Part shown: positions 1 to 15,348 of the stretch, in pieces
Layout: the number at the start of each line of letters is the position of its first letter
Position numbering within the stretch: the first letter of the stretch is position 1
Assembly: GCF_009914755.1 (NCBI RefSeq)
Contig: NC_060933.1
Length of the DNA stretch: 64,000 nucleotides
Strand: one strand, 5' to 3'
DNA from: the human T2T-CHM13v2.0 reference genome, Homo sapiens
Translations under genes and position numbers: made by a program
The notes under the pieces: generated by a model
Database searches by the model: none
The model's input: the letters and a program-made list of their open reading frames with translations, nothing else
What the model was told of the DNA's origin: nothing

Positions 1-1339
1 TTTAAAACAAATTTTAAAGATAAGATGAATAATGTAAAGTATTAAAATGTAATAATAAAAATCTAGGTATAAAATTTTAGATCAGTGAGTGAAATAGAAG
101 CATAAATGGTAGAGTAGTATTGATTTTATATGCATTTTTATATGTAACCACCCTGATGATTAGTTTATTAAGTTCACTTATTTGTGTTTTTCGGTACACA
201 ATTACTTCAGCTATAGTTGTTCATGATATTATATATTCCTTTATAGTGGTTTTATCTCTTAGTTCTGATGCTATTTTTTAAAAACTGTTTTTGCAGAAAC
301 AAACACAAATGCTACTGGAACAGATCAACAAACTCTGCATCCCAAAACTCCTGGTTACCAAGATTGGCTCATTCTCTTCTTTGTTGTTAGGCCCAGTCAG
401 TCTCATAATTATCACTGGCAAGGCTGTTTCTGGCCTGAAGGATCCAGAATACATTCCTAATGCTTGATTTCCTAGGACTTCGAAGGTATTCAGAGGCAGT
501 CGGCTTACAGACTGCTCAGTGTGGTGAAAATATTCCCTTTGATTGTTAATTAGTTCTTTGACTGCATTAACAACGTCAATCTAGCAAATGTCAATGCCGT
601 ATTGAGAACATAACCCTATTTCACTTATGCACTTGTTGGCAATTTTAGAAGCATATAATGGTCACTGCTGTCTTGGTCTGTGAGTGAAATGCTGTCCTCA
701 TTAGGAACCAGACAATGCATTTAAAACAGCAGGAAGAAAACTAAGATTCGTCCCCCAAGCACTTTTGCTGTGGAGGCAAGTTGCTTTCCTTGTTCTGATC
801 AGAGGGTCTCATAGGCCTTGCCCACATGGGTCTGCACTGTGCTGCTTCTCCATCAGCATCCCTCCATTGAGCTCTCTCCTGTTTAGTTACTGTCATTGTT
901 GTCTCCTCTGAACCCAGACTTAGAGTCACACAGCTTTTTCCTTTCACAGATTGTTTGATTCTCCATCTTCCTTTACTATTGATCTAAGTGATCGCTGTAG
1001 TCGGGACCACTTAGCTTTTTAAATGCAGTGTCTGTCCTGTTCTTAATTTCTAGAGCTGACTCTGACTGGAGACAGGAGGTACTGAAACAGTTCTACCTCC
1101 AAATTTTTTCCATTTGCAGTTAGTCTGAACCTTATGCCCAACTTCTCTTACCTGGAGTCCTGATCTCATAACAAGGGTTTTGGGTTTTGATAATCTGCCA
1201 TGTTTCTCAGGTACTGTAATGCTACCATGCTCTCTCAGGAGCCCTGCCCTAAATCCCGTGTTGGTGGCTGAGCCCTGACTTCCCTGACACTAATGATTCC
1301 AGGCCTCCCAGGAAGTCCTGCCTCTGTGCTCTGCCAACC

Positions 1340-2040
1340 TATTGTGATACTCTGCTGCTTCCTTTTGAAGGTTTTCTGTTTAATACGCATGTGGATTGGG
1401 GCCTGATATTATCATATCCTTCTTCTCCACTTGAGTGTTTTGTTCTTTGTTGTATAGCATGGCTCTTCACATGTGTAGCTTTTTTGGGTCTCAGCTGAGT
1501 GATTGTGGTGCTTAGCAAGGTCTCTCCATTCTGTCTGGGCCAGAATTCCAAAATTCCCAGCACTGTATAACATCTGCCATCTCAGTTCAGCATTAGGTCC
1601 CAGAGCCACTATTTCTCTTAGGCCTTACAGAATTTTGCCTTGCACATATGCAGCCCAGCTTCTCCTAAAGACCCTTGGGGAAACCCGTGCCTATTTCTTT
1701 ATGTAGCTCCTTCCTTTCTAAAGCCCTGCTCAGGAAATTCCAGCCACCTCAGCACCCTAATCTCCAAATTCTGCTTTCTCAGCTTAGCAAGACCATTGCT
1801 TTCTGCTGGGGTTTCAACTCCCTGCTTCACCACTGGGAAATTTTCCCTGAGGGAGAAAGCCAGGAAAAATGTGGGATTCTCCACATGTGCCTTTCTTCTC
1901 TCAAGAATCAAAGTCCTGTTTGTAGATTAATGCCCAAAAATAGTTATTTAATATATTTGGTACATTAATAAGGTTGCTTTTTATGGGAGGGTAAAGTCTG
2001 AATCCAGTTATTCTGCCATGGATGGAAGTACCAAATTTTG
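1340..2040 (-). mobile_element. Ancient L1M (L1MB/L1MC-type) 5' region fragment
   Basis: Antisense old-L1 5' end motifs (gaaattccagccacctcagc, ctcagcttagcaagaccattgc, gagaaagccagg); boundaries approximate. Confidence 0.5.
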
Positions 2041-3384
2041 TGGGTTTTTAAAAATTGATAATGTAGAAAAGCTTCTGGTAGTTTCACAACTTGATATTGG
2101 TTATGTCAGGTGCATTTTTAGGAACTGTCAAATTTGGGAACTTCTATACAATTCATATATTCATATATTTTTCATATATGAGGTAAATGTAACTCCAACT
2201 AAAATTCCCCTCAGCCAGGGCCACAACTACCCTAATATCTCCAGGCAAGAGGCAGAGTGGGATGGAAGGAATCAGAGGGTAGACAGAAGTCTTCACTGAC
2301 TATTTTTACAATATTTTACTTTTGAAAGTTTTACAGAAATTGAGGATCATGTAAATACCGTGTTGGTTTCTTGTCCAGACTTTGGAAGGGATTTGTGCAA
2401 AAGACGGGCCCTTAAATTGCATTAGCTTCATGGCTGGGGAGCTGGGGTGCATGCTTCTTTTATCATCTGCTGACCAAGGATTTCTGCCTTTGCTACTTGC
2501 CATGTTTGTGAAGTCTCCTACCCTTTGTCCAGATTCTGAATCTGGAACTTTCTTGGTTCCAAACAACTGAATATTTTCTCACATATTTTTGATACATCGT
2601 TTTTAGTCGTTTTCTTCCCCCAAATGACCAAAGCCAGCTTCTGATATCTTTTTAAAACAGTAATTCAGGTAGATGATAAACTATCACACAAATCCTTTGT
2701 CTTACTTTTCCAAACAGATCTCTGAGAGTCCAGCTACCTCAGAATAGAAGAGCCTTGTGCTGTTGCTGGGAACCCAAAGATTTTGACAGTGAAATAAATT
2801 GTGTTGGGGCCCTCAGGGTATTTTTATTAAAGTAAGATTATACGATGCATTGTAAGAGCAGAGATTATACATCCTGAAAAACAGTCTTTTACAAATATAA
2901 CGATTATATTATTTTGGCATGCTTTTGACACCCATTTGTGAAACTGAAGTTAGTTACTTAAACTTATTTGATTTGAGAAATTTTACATTATCTCTGGGAT
3001 TAAAACCCAAAGATGATAAATGTTGAATTTAAAAAGCATTGTGTTAATTCATCATTTAGTTCAAAGACTGTCATATGGAGATATTTTCTTTCAAATTGAG
3101 AAGCCATTATCTACACATACATAAGCATTTTCTTCTATAATGTAAGCTTGATATGGTATGATAGTCTGATAGATTTTAATTTCCTTGGATTAGTTAATGT
3201 AGGCTTTCCTAGATAGAGATGAAAATATTATTTATATTATAATCTACTTGAAATAACATGGATTTAGAAATTCTTCCTTTGATAGTGGAAAAACCCTGAA
3301 AGATCACTTAATTAAAAAGTTACAAATTAGTAGATAACCCATTGCTTATATAGAAAAGGTAGGTTGGGGGATTTATATACAGTT

Positions 3385-3488
3385 TTAGTTCTCTGATTTG
3401 ATTATTCTACAATGTTATACCTATATTAAAAGATCACATTGCACCCATAAATATACACAATTATTATTTGTCAATTAGAAATAAAGCT
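3385..3488 (+). mobile_element. L1MA-type 3' terminus fragment
   Basis: tgatttgattatt...atcacattgcacccataaatatacacaattattatttgtcaattagaaataaa matches the L1MA 3' tail. Confidence 0.65.
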
Positions 3489-3864
3489 TAAAGAAATTCA
3501 GATTTACAGTGATTATTTCTAAATTTATTGGTGAACTTTTCATGTATCAGATTTGTTTATATATCAGAAAATATCTTTGAGGAGGCACATGAAAATATTA
3601 CTTTTCTTAATTAAAAAAGTAAAAAAAATCACTATTTCATCAAAGATACATAAAATAATTTTTTTTAATTAAAATTTGGCATTCCCAGAGTAGCGACCTA
3701 GATAACTTATCTTAGAGCAGAAGTTTACAACTCTGTTGAAGTGATATTTTTTATTCTTTATATCTTTCCAACCCATGAAACTTTTTAGAAAAGTTAGTCA
3801 ATAACGTGGCATTGACTCTGTTTGACTGTGATTGACCTCTCTTACTTATGGCATAATATCTATT

Positions 3865-4417
3865 TGTTTCATTCCACAGAACTCACAGCTGGAATCACCC
3901 CAAAAGCAGCAGCAGGGGAGTTTCCACAAGGGAGTACCCCAAACCATCCCCGGATGAGGCCAGTTAGGATTCTAAAGAAAGAAGCACTAAAGGCCAGGGT
4001 GATCAGCCCAAATCTTTATTAGGGAAACTTACAGAGTGCTGCAGCAATGCTCCTGACAAATAGTAAGAGAAAAGGAGTGTTCTGCCCGCATATAAACTCC
4101 ATTATCTGACCCCTCGCATGTCCACAGTGAAGGGGTCAGGATATGGGAGTTTCTATGCAGGTTTAAGGAACCATATTCCTTATTCCATATTCCTTAAGGA
4201 AATATATTCCTGGCTCAGGGCCATGGCTAGTTTCTTTCAGTGTTTTGTGCAACAATCTAGGTACCATTATCAGTCCCGAGGTGTGTTCAAGGCCCCAATC
4301 CGAGTTCAAGCCTGCTGGAAAAAAACTTGCAGCCGGCTGGGTCACAGACCAGTCAAGACACTCTGTGATTTTCAGTCAGGACACAGACAGAAAGCAGGGG
4401 GCCTCGGGGACCCTACA
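3865..4417 (-). mobile_element. Solo ERVL-type LTR (MER73/MER54-like; family uncertain)
   Basis: TG...CA termini (minus strand starts TGTAGGGTCCCC, ends GAAACA); minus-strand AATAAA at 4015-4020; 5-bp TSD ctatt (3860-3864) / ccatt (4418-4422). Confidence 0.75.
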
Positions 4418-5439
4418 CCATTCTTCACCTTTCTGGGGTTTCTTTGGAAAGACTCATCTCTTATTTTCATTGTGAGATTCAGGGGAGATTACCTCTACCA
4501 CTGGCTCCATGGTGGATCCCTAGAGGCTTTAGTCAACCAACATGTTTTCCTCTCGCTTCCTAACCACACAGTGTAGTCAAGACATTTCTGTGCCTTGAAA
4601 GAGAAACCGATTCCTCTTACCCTGGATAGTGCGGTGTGAAGTTGCAAGATCTGGAACTGCTGTAGCCATTTTACTCTTGTGAGGAGAGAGCCTGGAACTG
4701 CCTGCTGAACGGAGCAGGGATTACTGTGTGGAGACTAGGCATGGAGCCAACATCGTAAAAGCCAAAAGTAAAAGATGAAGAGAAGTTGAGCCCTTGATGA
4801 CAAGTCTGTGGTGTTGTTTCAAGCTTTTCTCGAAGCCAGAAATCTCTCTGAACTTTGAAGCACTTAAGCCAGTGCTTTTGTTTATTATTAAAGCCAGTTG
4901 AAGTTGGTTTTCTGACATGTGCTCACAGATGATTCATCACAAATACAAAATTTGTTGCTTAGAATAGGGAGTCATAAGTGATAGACTCCCATATATGCAT
5001 TTGATGGAGCTAAAGTTAAGTGAAAGTCAGAAAGAAAATGAGTAGATTTGATAATGGGAAACCAAACAGCAAGTTAAATTGTCATTTAATTGTACTTGGA
5101 ACCCAGAGCACATACAGACTAGGTTATAGTTTTAGGTAATCTGAAAGATAAAAATTCAGGATATTGGAAAGAGTTCTCCACTTATTGAAATATGGTCCCA
5201 TAAAACAAGAGCCAAGCTTAGGGTGAAGCTGGGTTGTTGTAGTACAGAAAAGGAACAAAGGTCCTTTCTGCCTGCAGCCTGCAATCCAAGGTGATAAATG
5301 AGTAATAACCATAAGGCAGAGAGGAGGGAAATATAGCAGGAGACATAGTGGGGCTGGAAAAAGCCTAGTCTCCTAGGTGCCTCTGAAACATTCCTGATGA
5401 ACAAAGAGGTCGTTATTCCCATGGAGAAGATGTGGACAG

Positions 5440-5678
5440 AGCACAGTAAGAGTGTATGCTTTGGAGCCAGGCTTACTCAGTTTGAATCCCAGCTTGGCTA
5501 TCTATTAACTGAGTGACTTTTCCAACGTCAGTCAGGGAAAGTCACCTAAATTTTCTGTGCCTCAATTTTCTTATCAGTAAAATGGGAATGATAATAACTT
5601 CAAAACCTTTTGTGAAAAGTAAGTTAATTTATGTGAAGTGCTTAGAACAGTGCCTTATATATAATAAGTGCTATGTAG
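5440..5678 (+). mobile_element. MIR SINE
   Basis: tttggagccag...tttgaatcccagc...tgtgcctcaattttcttatcagtaaaatggg...gtgcttagaacagtgcc. Confidence 0.85.
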
Positions 5679-6984
5679 CCTATGGACAATAGAAAAATGA
5701 CACCTCCCACTTACCCCAGTCTGTCATTTGGAATTGCCCTAAGTCAGGGGCCAGTATAGAGCCTATTTCCCTGGGGTGTAGGTAAAGGCCAAAGAACTGA
5801 GACCTGCAGTATCAGACCTTTGTGGTAGGTTTTTGACAAAGACTCAAAAGGTCTTTGGATTTGGTTAATTAGTTGATGAACTTTTCCAGACATTACAAAT
5901 TGGAAACCAAAATTTAAGGGAGTTGTATCACCAGACAGATTTCAAGCCAGGCTTATGGTTGGCGATTGCTCAGCCCCTCAGGTTATTTCCAGGATCCATT
6001 TCTGCACCAGTAGGAAATAGGCTGCTAAAGAGCTACAACCTCAGAAGGGAGGTTCCTCACCTAAGCCCTGCCAAAGTGGCTGTGGAGGACCATGGATAAA
6101 GGAGATTCAGAGATAGAACTTGGGGCAGACAATTGATTGACCAAGAACTCTCTTCACTGTTATGTCTGATATTTCTTGTTATTCCAGCCTAGAAGAATGT
6201 GGTACGTGCTATTAACCAATGACCACTATTCATTCTCAAAACCAAAGTGTCCCAAAATTTTCAGTGGTTTAATAACCACTGACAGTTGGAATATTAACAG
6301 TGGTTAAACTTTCTAGTTAGCTTTAGGTTTCCAGGCTGTGAGGAGTTATAATGTGACCTGAGAGAACTGTATTTTCTACCTGCCTTGGAGCTGAAAATAG
6401 AAAATGGATGTGACTTTCAGTGTTTCTCCCTTAAAAGAGATACAGATATTTGAAAAATAGGAAGGTGTGCCTATGAAGACACTGGATTGATGTTTGCAGT
6501 CCAAGCCACCTTTTTCCTCATCCCAGGAATAGTGTCCCCTTTTGTTTTGGGAAATTGTTTATTTCCCATTTTCAGTCATGGGTGGGCTCCAAATGGCTCA
6601 AGCTCATTGGTATATCCCACTTTCTCAGATATAGTAATTATTTCTCAGGTAGGCACATAATCCAGTCGTAACCAACACAACACAAGGAGAGGTTTGCGGG
6701 GACTTTGTGTAAAAGGAGCTTTTTTTTCTTATTCCTCTAGAAGGTGTGTTGTGAACATTGGAAGTCTGCAATGGCTACAGTCATTTTACTCTGAATAAAA
6801 GGATCTGAAACTAAGAGAGTAGTTGAAGGAAGCGTAATGTTGGGTTTGAGAATGGAGTAAATGCCATGCAAGGCAGAACAAGACTGACTCCTCGGTAACA
6901 TCATTTTTAACCACTAGATCAAGCTTCCCTTGAGACGAGTATTAACTTCAAATTTTTCAAATAGGTGAGCCAATAAATGCTTCA

Positions 6985-7250
6985 TGGTAGAGTATGGTGG
7001 TTAAGAGGAAGTTTCTGGAGCTAGACTATTCAAATTATAGCTCCATACTCACTAATTGTGAGATCTTGGAAATAATGCCTTCATTCCTTAATTTTTTCAC
7101 ATGTACTATACAGGTAAGAATATGTTGACCTCATAGGATTGTTGTAGAATTAGATTAATACATAGGAATGTATGTATGTATCTATCTATCTATCTTTCAC
7201 ATTGCTCAAAACATAATAAGCACTAACCAAGAGTTATTTTATTTTATTAT
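6985..7250 (+). mobile_element. MIR SINE containing a (TATG)n(TATC)n microsatellite at 7168-7195
   Basis: gtggttaagag...ctggagctagac...acctcataggattgttg. Confidence 0.75.
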
Positions 7251-7710
7251 TATACCTAATAATACAAGACATTACAAGCCATTTTGAGTTATGTTATCTG
7301 TCATTTGGAACTGAAAGAGGATAGCAACTGTTACAAATGTTAATTTTTGTCCTTATCTAATATATGATAATATCCACAACACCTGTATCTGGATAAAAAA
7401 GAAAATATTGAAAAACACCACATCAACCAGCTTCTGAAAGACATAACCTTGCAGGAAAATTACATTTTTTATGAGGTTGAGGTTTTATTATCCATACTAT
7501 ATTCCTGGCCCAGTGAAGAATCTGTTTTACTAATATTCTACAATTTTGCCAGGCACTTATATAAAAGCTCAGATACATAAAAGCTAATTATTTAACATGT
7601 AAGTGCAATTAAAACATATAAGGGGCCTACCTTCATGCTGCTTCAATTTTTCACAGCTCTCATCATTTCTATCATTCATGCTGATGCTTTAAAATTTAAA
7701 AATGCTCTTG

Positions 7711-9516
<1,806 letters not shown>

Positions 9517-10069
9517 AAAAAAGCTCATGTATGTCTTAATTTAAGCATCTTGAGAGTAAAGATTTAAGCTTAGCACCTCCTGTGCTCCTCAGTGACCCCA
9601 AACAACTTCTAGTTGGTTTTATGCATGCTCCCTGTTAAACAGATAAGAAAGATACTTATACTTTTATCTTCTTTATAAGATTTCATCATATGCTTCAATA
9701 GGCATTTAATCCTGTGGTTTAATTACTGCCAGAAAAATGGCTTAATAGCAAATGTTTTAAAACCAAAGTCATTTGGTTTTATACCAAACGCCATTTTTGG
9801 GACATACATTCTTTTACAATTATTTGGCTAACAGTCAACAATTCTATATATCAGATCAAGTCTTTCCATTATTTGCCAGTACACTTTACAACTCATCTAT
9901 CTTGAAGGAATAATCGGGAACTTTTTATGGCTAAAATTAGATATTTTTTTGTTTAGTAAATTGTATAAGAAACATGAATAAAAGAATCAAATGAATGAAT
10001 GGTCCTTCTGCTGTCAACATTCTCCAAATAGTTCTCTAAGCACTCTGTCAGCTGCTTTGCATTTTTCTT

Positions 10070-11385
10070 CCCTGCTCCACTTTTGCTTCTGCCTCCAACA
10101 TTTTCCCCAAATCATTCTTGTTAAGATCTCTGACACATCCATATTGCTGAATCCAGTATATGCTTTCTGTCCTCCTTTTACTTGACCTCTCACCATATTT
10201 GACATTAAGGATCTCCACATAACATCTTTCTTGTTTTTGTAACCTCTCTCTTTTCTAGTGTTCTTCCCATCCATGTATCCCATTCTTCTAAGCCTCTATG
10301 GTTGATTTTCCCTCCTCTAAACTGACCTCTGTTTGAGTTCTTCAATGTTTCATAATAGGATTTTCTTTTTGCCCTCTAAAGGCTTTATACGGTAGATCTC
10401 CTGTGTTTCTACAGATTTAAATACCATCTACATGTTGATGACGTTCAACTAATATCCATTTCTTTAGATTTCCAATTTTATATGTCTATGTTTCCATTTG
10501 ACATCTTTATTTGGATATTTTATGGACACCCCAGATGTAACATCAATCTTGTGAATCCCATTCCATTCATAGTCTTCCTCATGTTAGCAAATGGCACTTT
10601 CTTTCTCCCCAGCTGCATTATCCAGAAACTTGGGAAAGATCCTTTATTCTTTCCTCTCCCAATCCTCCTGCTTCCAAAGTGTTAGTATGGCCTGAATGTT
10701 TTATCTACAAATTACGTCTTATATGCTTCTATTCTCCACATCCATTACCAGCACTCCAAGTCAAGCCATATACATAGCAGGTCATAAAACTACTTTAATA
10801 GTATTCTGAGTTTCCCTATGCCCTTTCTTACTTCATACCTCTGTAATCTATTCTCTCTATAGCATCCAGAATGATCTTTTAAAAATAGATTTTGCTACTT
10901 GCCTACTTAAAAATAGTTCAATAGATTTCTATTGCAATTTGAATTAAACCCAAACTTCAGATGTTGGCCTGAAAGACCTGGTATGGAATGACCCTTGCTT
11001 ATCTCCGGACTCTTAACTTATATCTTTAATATGCTCTGGCCATATTGCCTTTTACCTTCCCTCCCAAGATTTTACCCATTTTAGAACCACTGTGCATTGT
11101 ATTAGGTTGGTGAAAAAATAATTTTGGTGTTTGCCATTACTTTTAATATTTAATATTATTTCTTCATGAAATGCTCTTTCTTTAGCATTTCACATGGATG
11201 TCTCCTTCTCAGCTTAGTTATCACCTCTTGAGGGAGACACGAAGGTTTTTTTCTAAATAGGTTATTTTCCTATCTTATTCTCTATCATAGTGCCACATTT
11301 GATTTTTTCCTTGTATTTTGCATTTAAATTTTTATTTATTAGTGGGGTTCACTTGCCTGTTATTTTTATCTCCCCATTACAACAT
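10070..11385 (+). mobile_element. L2 LINE, ORF2 end and 3' region
   Basis: Degenerate RT motif catctacatgttgatgac (HLYADD-like); cttgacctctca; cagaatgatcttttaaaa. Confidence 0.75.
11102..11147. mobile_element. MADE1 half element (Hsmar1 MITE)
   Basis: ta|ttaggttggtgaaaaaataattttggtgtttgccattacttttaat; the second TIR is missing. Confidence 0.75.
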
Positions 11386-11709
11386 ACAGATCTAATTGTT
11401 TGAATAAATATGTAAGTAGAATTGTTTGATGTGTGAACAGTGATGTGAGGTTTTCTCTCCCTCTATAATCTCCTAGATAACCAACATGGAGAAAGGCTGA
11501 AATAATAATACTGGACTTTACTCATCTTCTAGGCCTCTGGTGGAAATAAATGAAATATACATAATTCTTTGAGGAAAGGTACTGATAATTCTAAGTATGT
11601 TCTAGTATAAGAGTAAGTATATGAAAGTTTACCCTCTGCCTGCTCTATATTTATTATTGAAGGTATGTTTTATGGAAATTTAAATTATATACACCTTTGT
11701 GGTTTTAAC

Positions 11710-12050
11710 AAATTTATTTCATCAAACACATATTGAACATCTGCTATTTAGTAGGTAACATATCAGGACTAAAGAAGGGTGAAATGGCTTGCATTTTAAT
11801 GTGTTTACAGTCTAGTACAGGGACTAATACATGCAAAAATCATGATACTAAAAAATGTGATAAGTACTACTAAAAAATTAGAAAATACTATAGGAAGCCA
11901 GAAGAAAGATGAAAGTGGGTGTTGAAAAGTTTCCAACAATATAACTTTCCACATCTCCGATGGAGACAATAAAGCCATCTGTCATTTTATACTGAACCTA
12001 GAATAGCTTGGCACATCATAGAGCCCTAATAAATATTTGTTGAAGGAATA
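11710..12050. mobile_element. Two L2 3'-end fragments (minus ~11710-11900, plus ~11955-12050)
   Basis: catcaaacacatattgaacatctgcta; ggcacatcatagagccctaataaatatttgttgaa. Confidence 0.6.
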
Positions 12051-12601
12051 ATGCGTTGAAATAGTAAAACTGGACTTTCCAACAGAGAAAAACCTTGGTC
12101 CCTTGGAAAGCCTTACACTTTATTACATTCTATACTCCTTTGAGTCTTGTTTCTTGGTTTAGCCCCTTTTCTTTTTTTAGTTTATCATCCCAATTGAACA
12201 AGATCTATGAAAAACCCTGGCTGTGATGAGCCAAAATCAATGTTGAAAAATATAGCATTTCCCACTTCAAATATCTGAACCAAAGCCTAAAGTGCAAGTA
12301 TATTTTTGTGCTTTTTTTTTCCTCCAGACTTTTAACTTTAAAGTTCTTTTATGCTTTTCTTTCTTCTTTATTTGCTTCACTATCCTCTTCTACTTTATCT
12401 CTGTTCCTTAGTGTATTAGATGACATAAACATCCAATTGTCTTCCTTTTTGGTCCTTGTTAAGCTCTTTCAATTGCTAGATTGGTTTAAGTCACCAGTTA
12501 AGTCTGTACTGAGGCTATGTTTTGTCTAGAATGCCAGAAGAAATAAAAAAGAGAAAAATGACTGACTTGACCTGTTCTATAACATCTTCATTACATTATA
12601 G

Positions 12602-12820
12602 CAATAGTTTTACCAGTAGACCATTATCTCCCATGCACCTCCCAAAAATAAATTTTAGATGGAAAGCACATCTATAAAATAGCCAAAATTGGTGCTGCTC
12701 TGTTGGACAGGAGTGGGAGAATTGGAGTCCCCGATTCCTTGGCCTCTTTCTGCTGCGGGGGTTGGGAACATAACTCCATAGAACCCTATATGATCTCTCA
12801 ATACAATTTGAAAACGGCTG
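12602..12820. mobile_element. MER102-like hAT-Charlie DNA transposon
   Basis: ggtgctgctctg...ctccatagaaccctat...caatttgaaaacggctg terminal motif. Confidence 0.6.
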
Positions 12821-14459
12821 CGTTTATTTATGGCCAGCTCTTCTGATGCTCTATGGGCCTTTCAGTAGGAATCCACCCCAGTGTAGGGTTAGAGAAGGAC
12901 AGAAAATTTCTGGAGAATTTTATTCCAGAGAATAGGCCTCAAGTGATTTAATTATTTCTACAATTGACTCTTCTTTTTTTCTATTCTCTATAAAATCAAA
13001 TTTTAAATTTATATCATAACACATTATTTATTAATCTTGTTCTATAGATTATAAAAATTGTAGAACTCAGAAAATGACCTAACAGTAATTTTAATAGCTT
13101 GTAACTTACTTTCCTTATTGACCATAAACATTGATGTTTTTATCTTTAGAACTGTCACAGTATGTTTCTATTTCTTACCTTCCAGCTGGTTATAGCCCAT
13201 ATTCAGCTGCTGAGTAGAATACAATTGTGAGATAAGCAAATTTAAAGTTCATAATTAAATATTGAAACTGTTCAAAGTGGCAATGACAAATATGGCCCTA
13301 AGATACAGGTTTTCTTAAGAGCATTGCTCATATTTTGCATGTAGTAAAGGACAGTTCCTGATTGTAGCCAAGATAGGGGAATATCCATACTTTAACTCCA
13401 ATTTTTTTAACTAAATAATTTATTTTGAAAGAAGACATTATGTAACCTTATATTATTTCCAAGTCAGATTGCTTTCTGAAAAAAAAAGAAAACCTGAGAA
13501 GAGTTTATAAAAAACCTTTGCAAAATTTCTTTCTCAAATCTATTTATGTAGTAAGATTAGATTAATTAAAAATAATTATTTTATCAACTCTTAATATGCT
13601 AGCCATCACTTTTTCAAGGTGACTTTTATTTTTAAAAATCAATATTTCACTCAGTGAAAATGTTATGGAATGAGACATGATAATTAGCATAAATAAATTA
13701 CTTCTATGATGGAATCTAAACTACACAAACTCTCCCTCATAACCATCAATCTTTCATTTTAGTGAAAATAGTTGTTTGACTGAACTGGCTACAAAGCATA
13801 AGGCACACCCATCACTTTAATATATGAAGAAATTAATTAAAATTTGAGCCTCAGCAGCTGAGTATAGAGCACAGACTGAGACCCAACAAAGATAGTTCCT
13901 GCTCTCAAGGGATTTATATTCTAGACAACCACAGATGCCAATAATTAGTTGGGCAACAGTTGTAAGCATTTACTTTATCTTGGTAACAATACTAAGAGAG
14001 ATGCTCACCTCATTACTGGGCATCTGTGGTCTTAAGCCTAACTGGGAAGGCACAGTGCAGGTAGGTGTCAGGGGGTTGGGCAGGTGTCAGGGGTACTTAA
14101 ATAAATACATTCCTGTTCCCACAAAGATGGCAAAAATGTAAAGCTCAACCTTGACAACGATTTTTGAGACTCAGGCGTGGGTCTCTGCATGCAGCAGCCA
14201 TAAGAAAGAACCAACAGAAGGCAGAAGACCATGTTCCAGCTAAGGAGCACTCTGCTGGCAAGTGGATAGCACAGCTCGATTTGCCGAATGCCTCTGAAGC
14301 TGTCACAGAACAGAAAGCTTCAAGTCTCTGTAGGCAGCTCACGTGTAGGGGCTGCTGGGGAAGGTCTGTTGCTCTTGATGTTGCTGCCCATAAGGAGATG
14401 ATGCTTTCTGTATGAGGTCAAATCATTGTTGGAAAACCAACAAAATGAGTGATGCTATA

Positions 14460-14790
14460 AATAATCATCCCTGAAGAAATGTTTTAAAAGAAAAACAACA
14501 TTGGACAGATATCTTTACTGTGACATTATTTATAATAGCAGAAAATATTCTAAAAGAAAACAAAAAATACAACAGAATGTATAAGTACATTATGATTTAT
14601 CATGCAAGGGTACTATTGGGCTGCCAATATAATGATAATTATAAAAAACTACCTAGTAACAAAGGAAGGTATTTGTGAATTATATTAAATGCATAAAGTA
14701 GAAAACTACACATTGTATGTTTTGTTTAAACTATATTGAAAAAAATGGAATGTTAATAGAGACAAATGAAAAAGATTATAAACAAACGAG
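14460..14790 (+). mobile_element. Old L1ME/L1MC 3' fragment
   Basis: cattatttataatagcagaaaa...tactattgggctgcc...tatattaaatg. Confidence 0.5.
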
Positions 14791-14799
14791 TACCAAACT

Positions 14800-15348
14800 T
14801 AGAGACAGAATATCTGGATTTGTAATCTGTATTTATCATTTATGATTTGCACATGAGCAAATTAATCAGTTCTCTTCAACCTCAGAATTGCAAAATGGTC
14901 ATAATGCTATCAACCTTATTCTGAGAATGTGCGTATCAACTGGAATAACATGCCTATCTTCTATACAGTGCAGTCAAGAGGGTGGGCTTAGGACCCAGGC
15001 AGCCTGCTTAAACTCTGGTCCGGGCACATATTATTCATGGATCTTTGGACAAGGTAATTAACTGAGGATGCCTCAGTTTCCTTACTGGTAACTGGGACGT
15101 TTGAGTCAGGGGTTAAAAGCATGAAAGTTGGAGCTAAATGCTTGGATTCGAATCAGTCATTTTCTGGTTTTAGCAAGTTACTTAACTTCTCTGGGTCTCT
15201 ATCACCTTGTCTTTAAAATAAGGATAAAAACAGTAACTGCTACATGAGCTGTTGTTAAAGTGTTATGATTTAATTTGTTTAAGAGTTTCTGGGACAGTCT
15301 GGCACACATAATAAGCGCTTAAACGCTTAAGAAATGTTAGCCATTATT
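14800..15348 (+). mobile_element. Three consecutive MIR copies/fragments
   Basis: Repeated MIR core motifs (cctcagtttcc; gcaagttacttaacttctctg; tctggcacacataataagcgct). Confidence 0.7.

Larger units (their letters stand above)
3829..7335 (+). mobile_element. Relic MaLR provirus (MLT1K/L-like LTR - MLT-int - LTR) with nested insertions
   Basis: 5' LTR ~3829-4947 (tggaactgctgtagccatttt...aagccagttgaagttggttttctg), internal region ~4948-6480, 3' LTR ~6480-7335 (gagccaataaatgc...aagccattttgagtt). Interrupted by one LTR and two MIRs. Confidence 0.6.

Noticed and set aside
298-1010. Exon-like or pseudogene-like stretch near the window start
   Set aside because: Translations resemble no protein I recognise; no convincing donor, poly(A) or TSD.
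4118-4576. 152-aa ORF
   Set aside because: Runs antisense through an LTR and across its boundary; no recognisable domain.
5513-5545. gtgacttt...aaagtcac hairpin
   Set aside because: Derives from the natural inverted motif of the MIR core.
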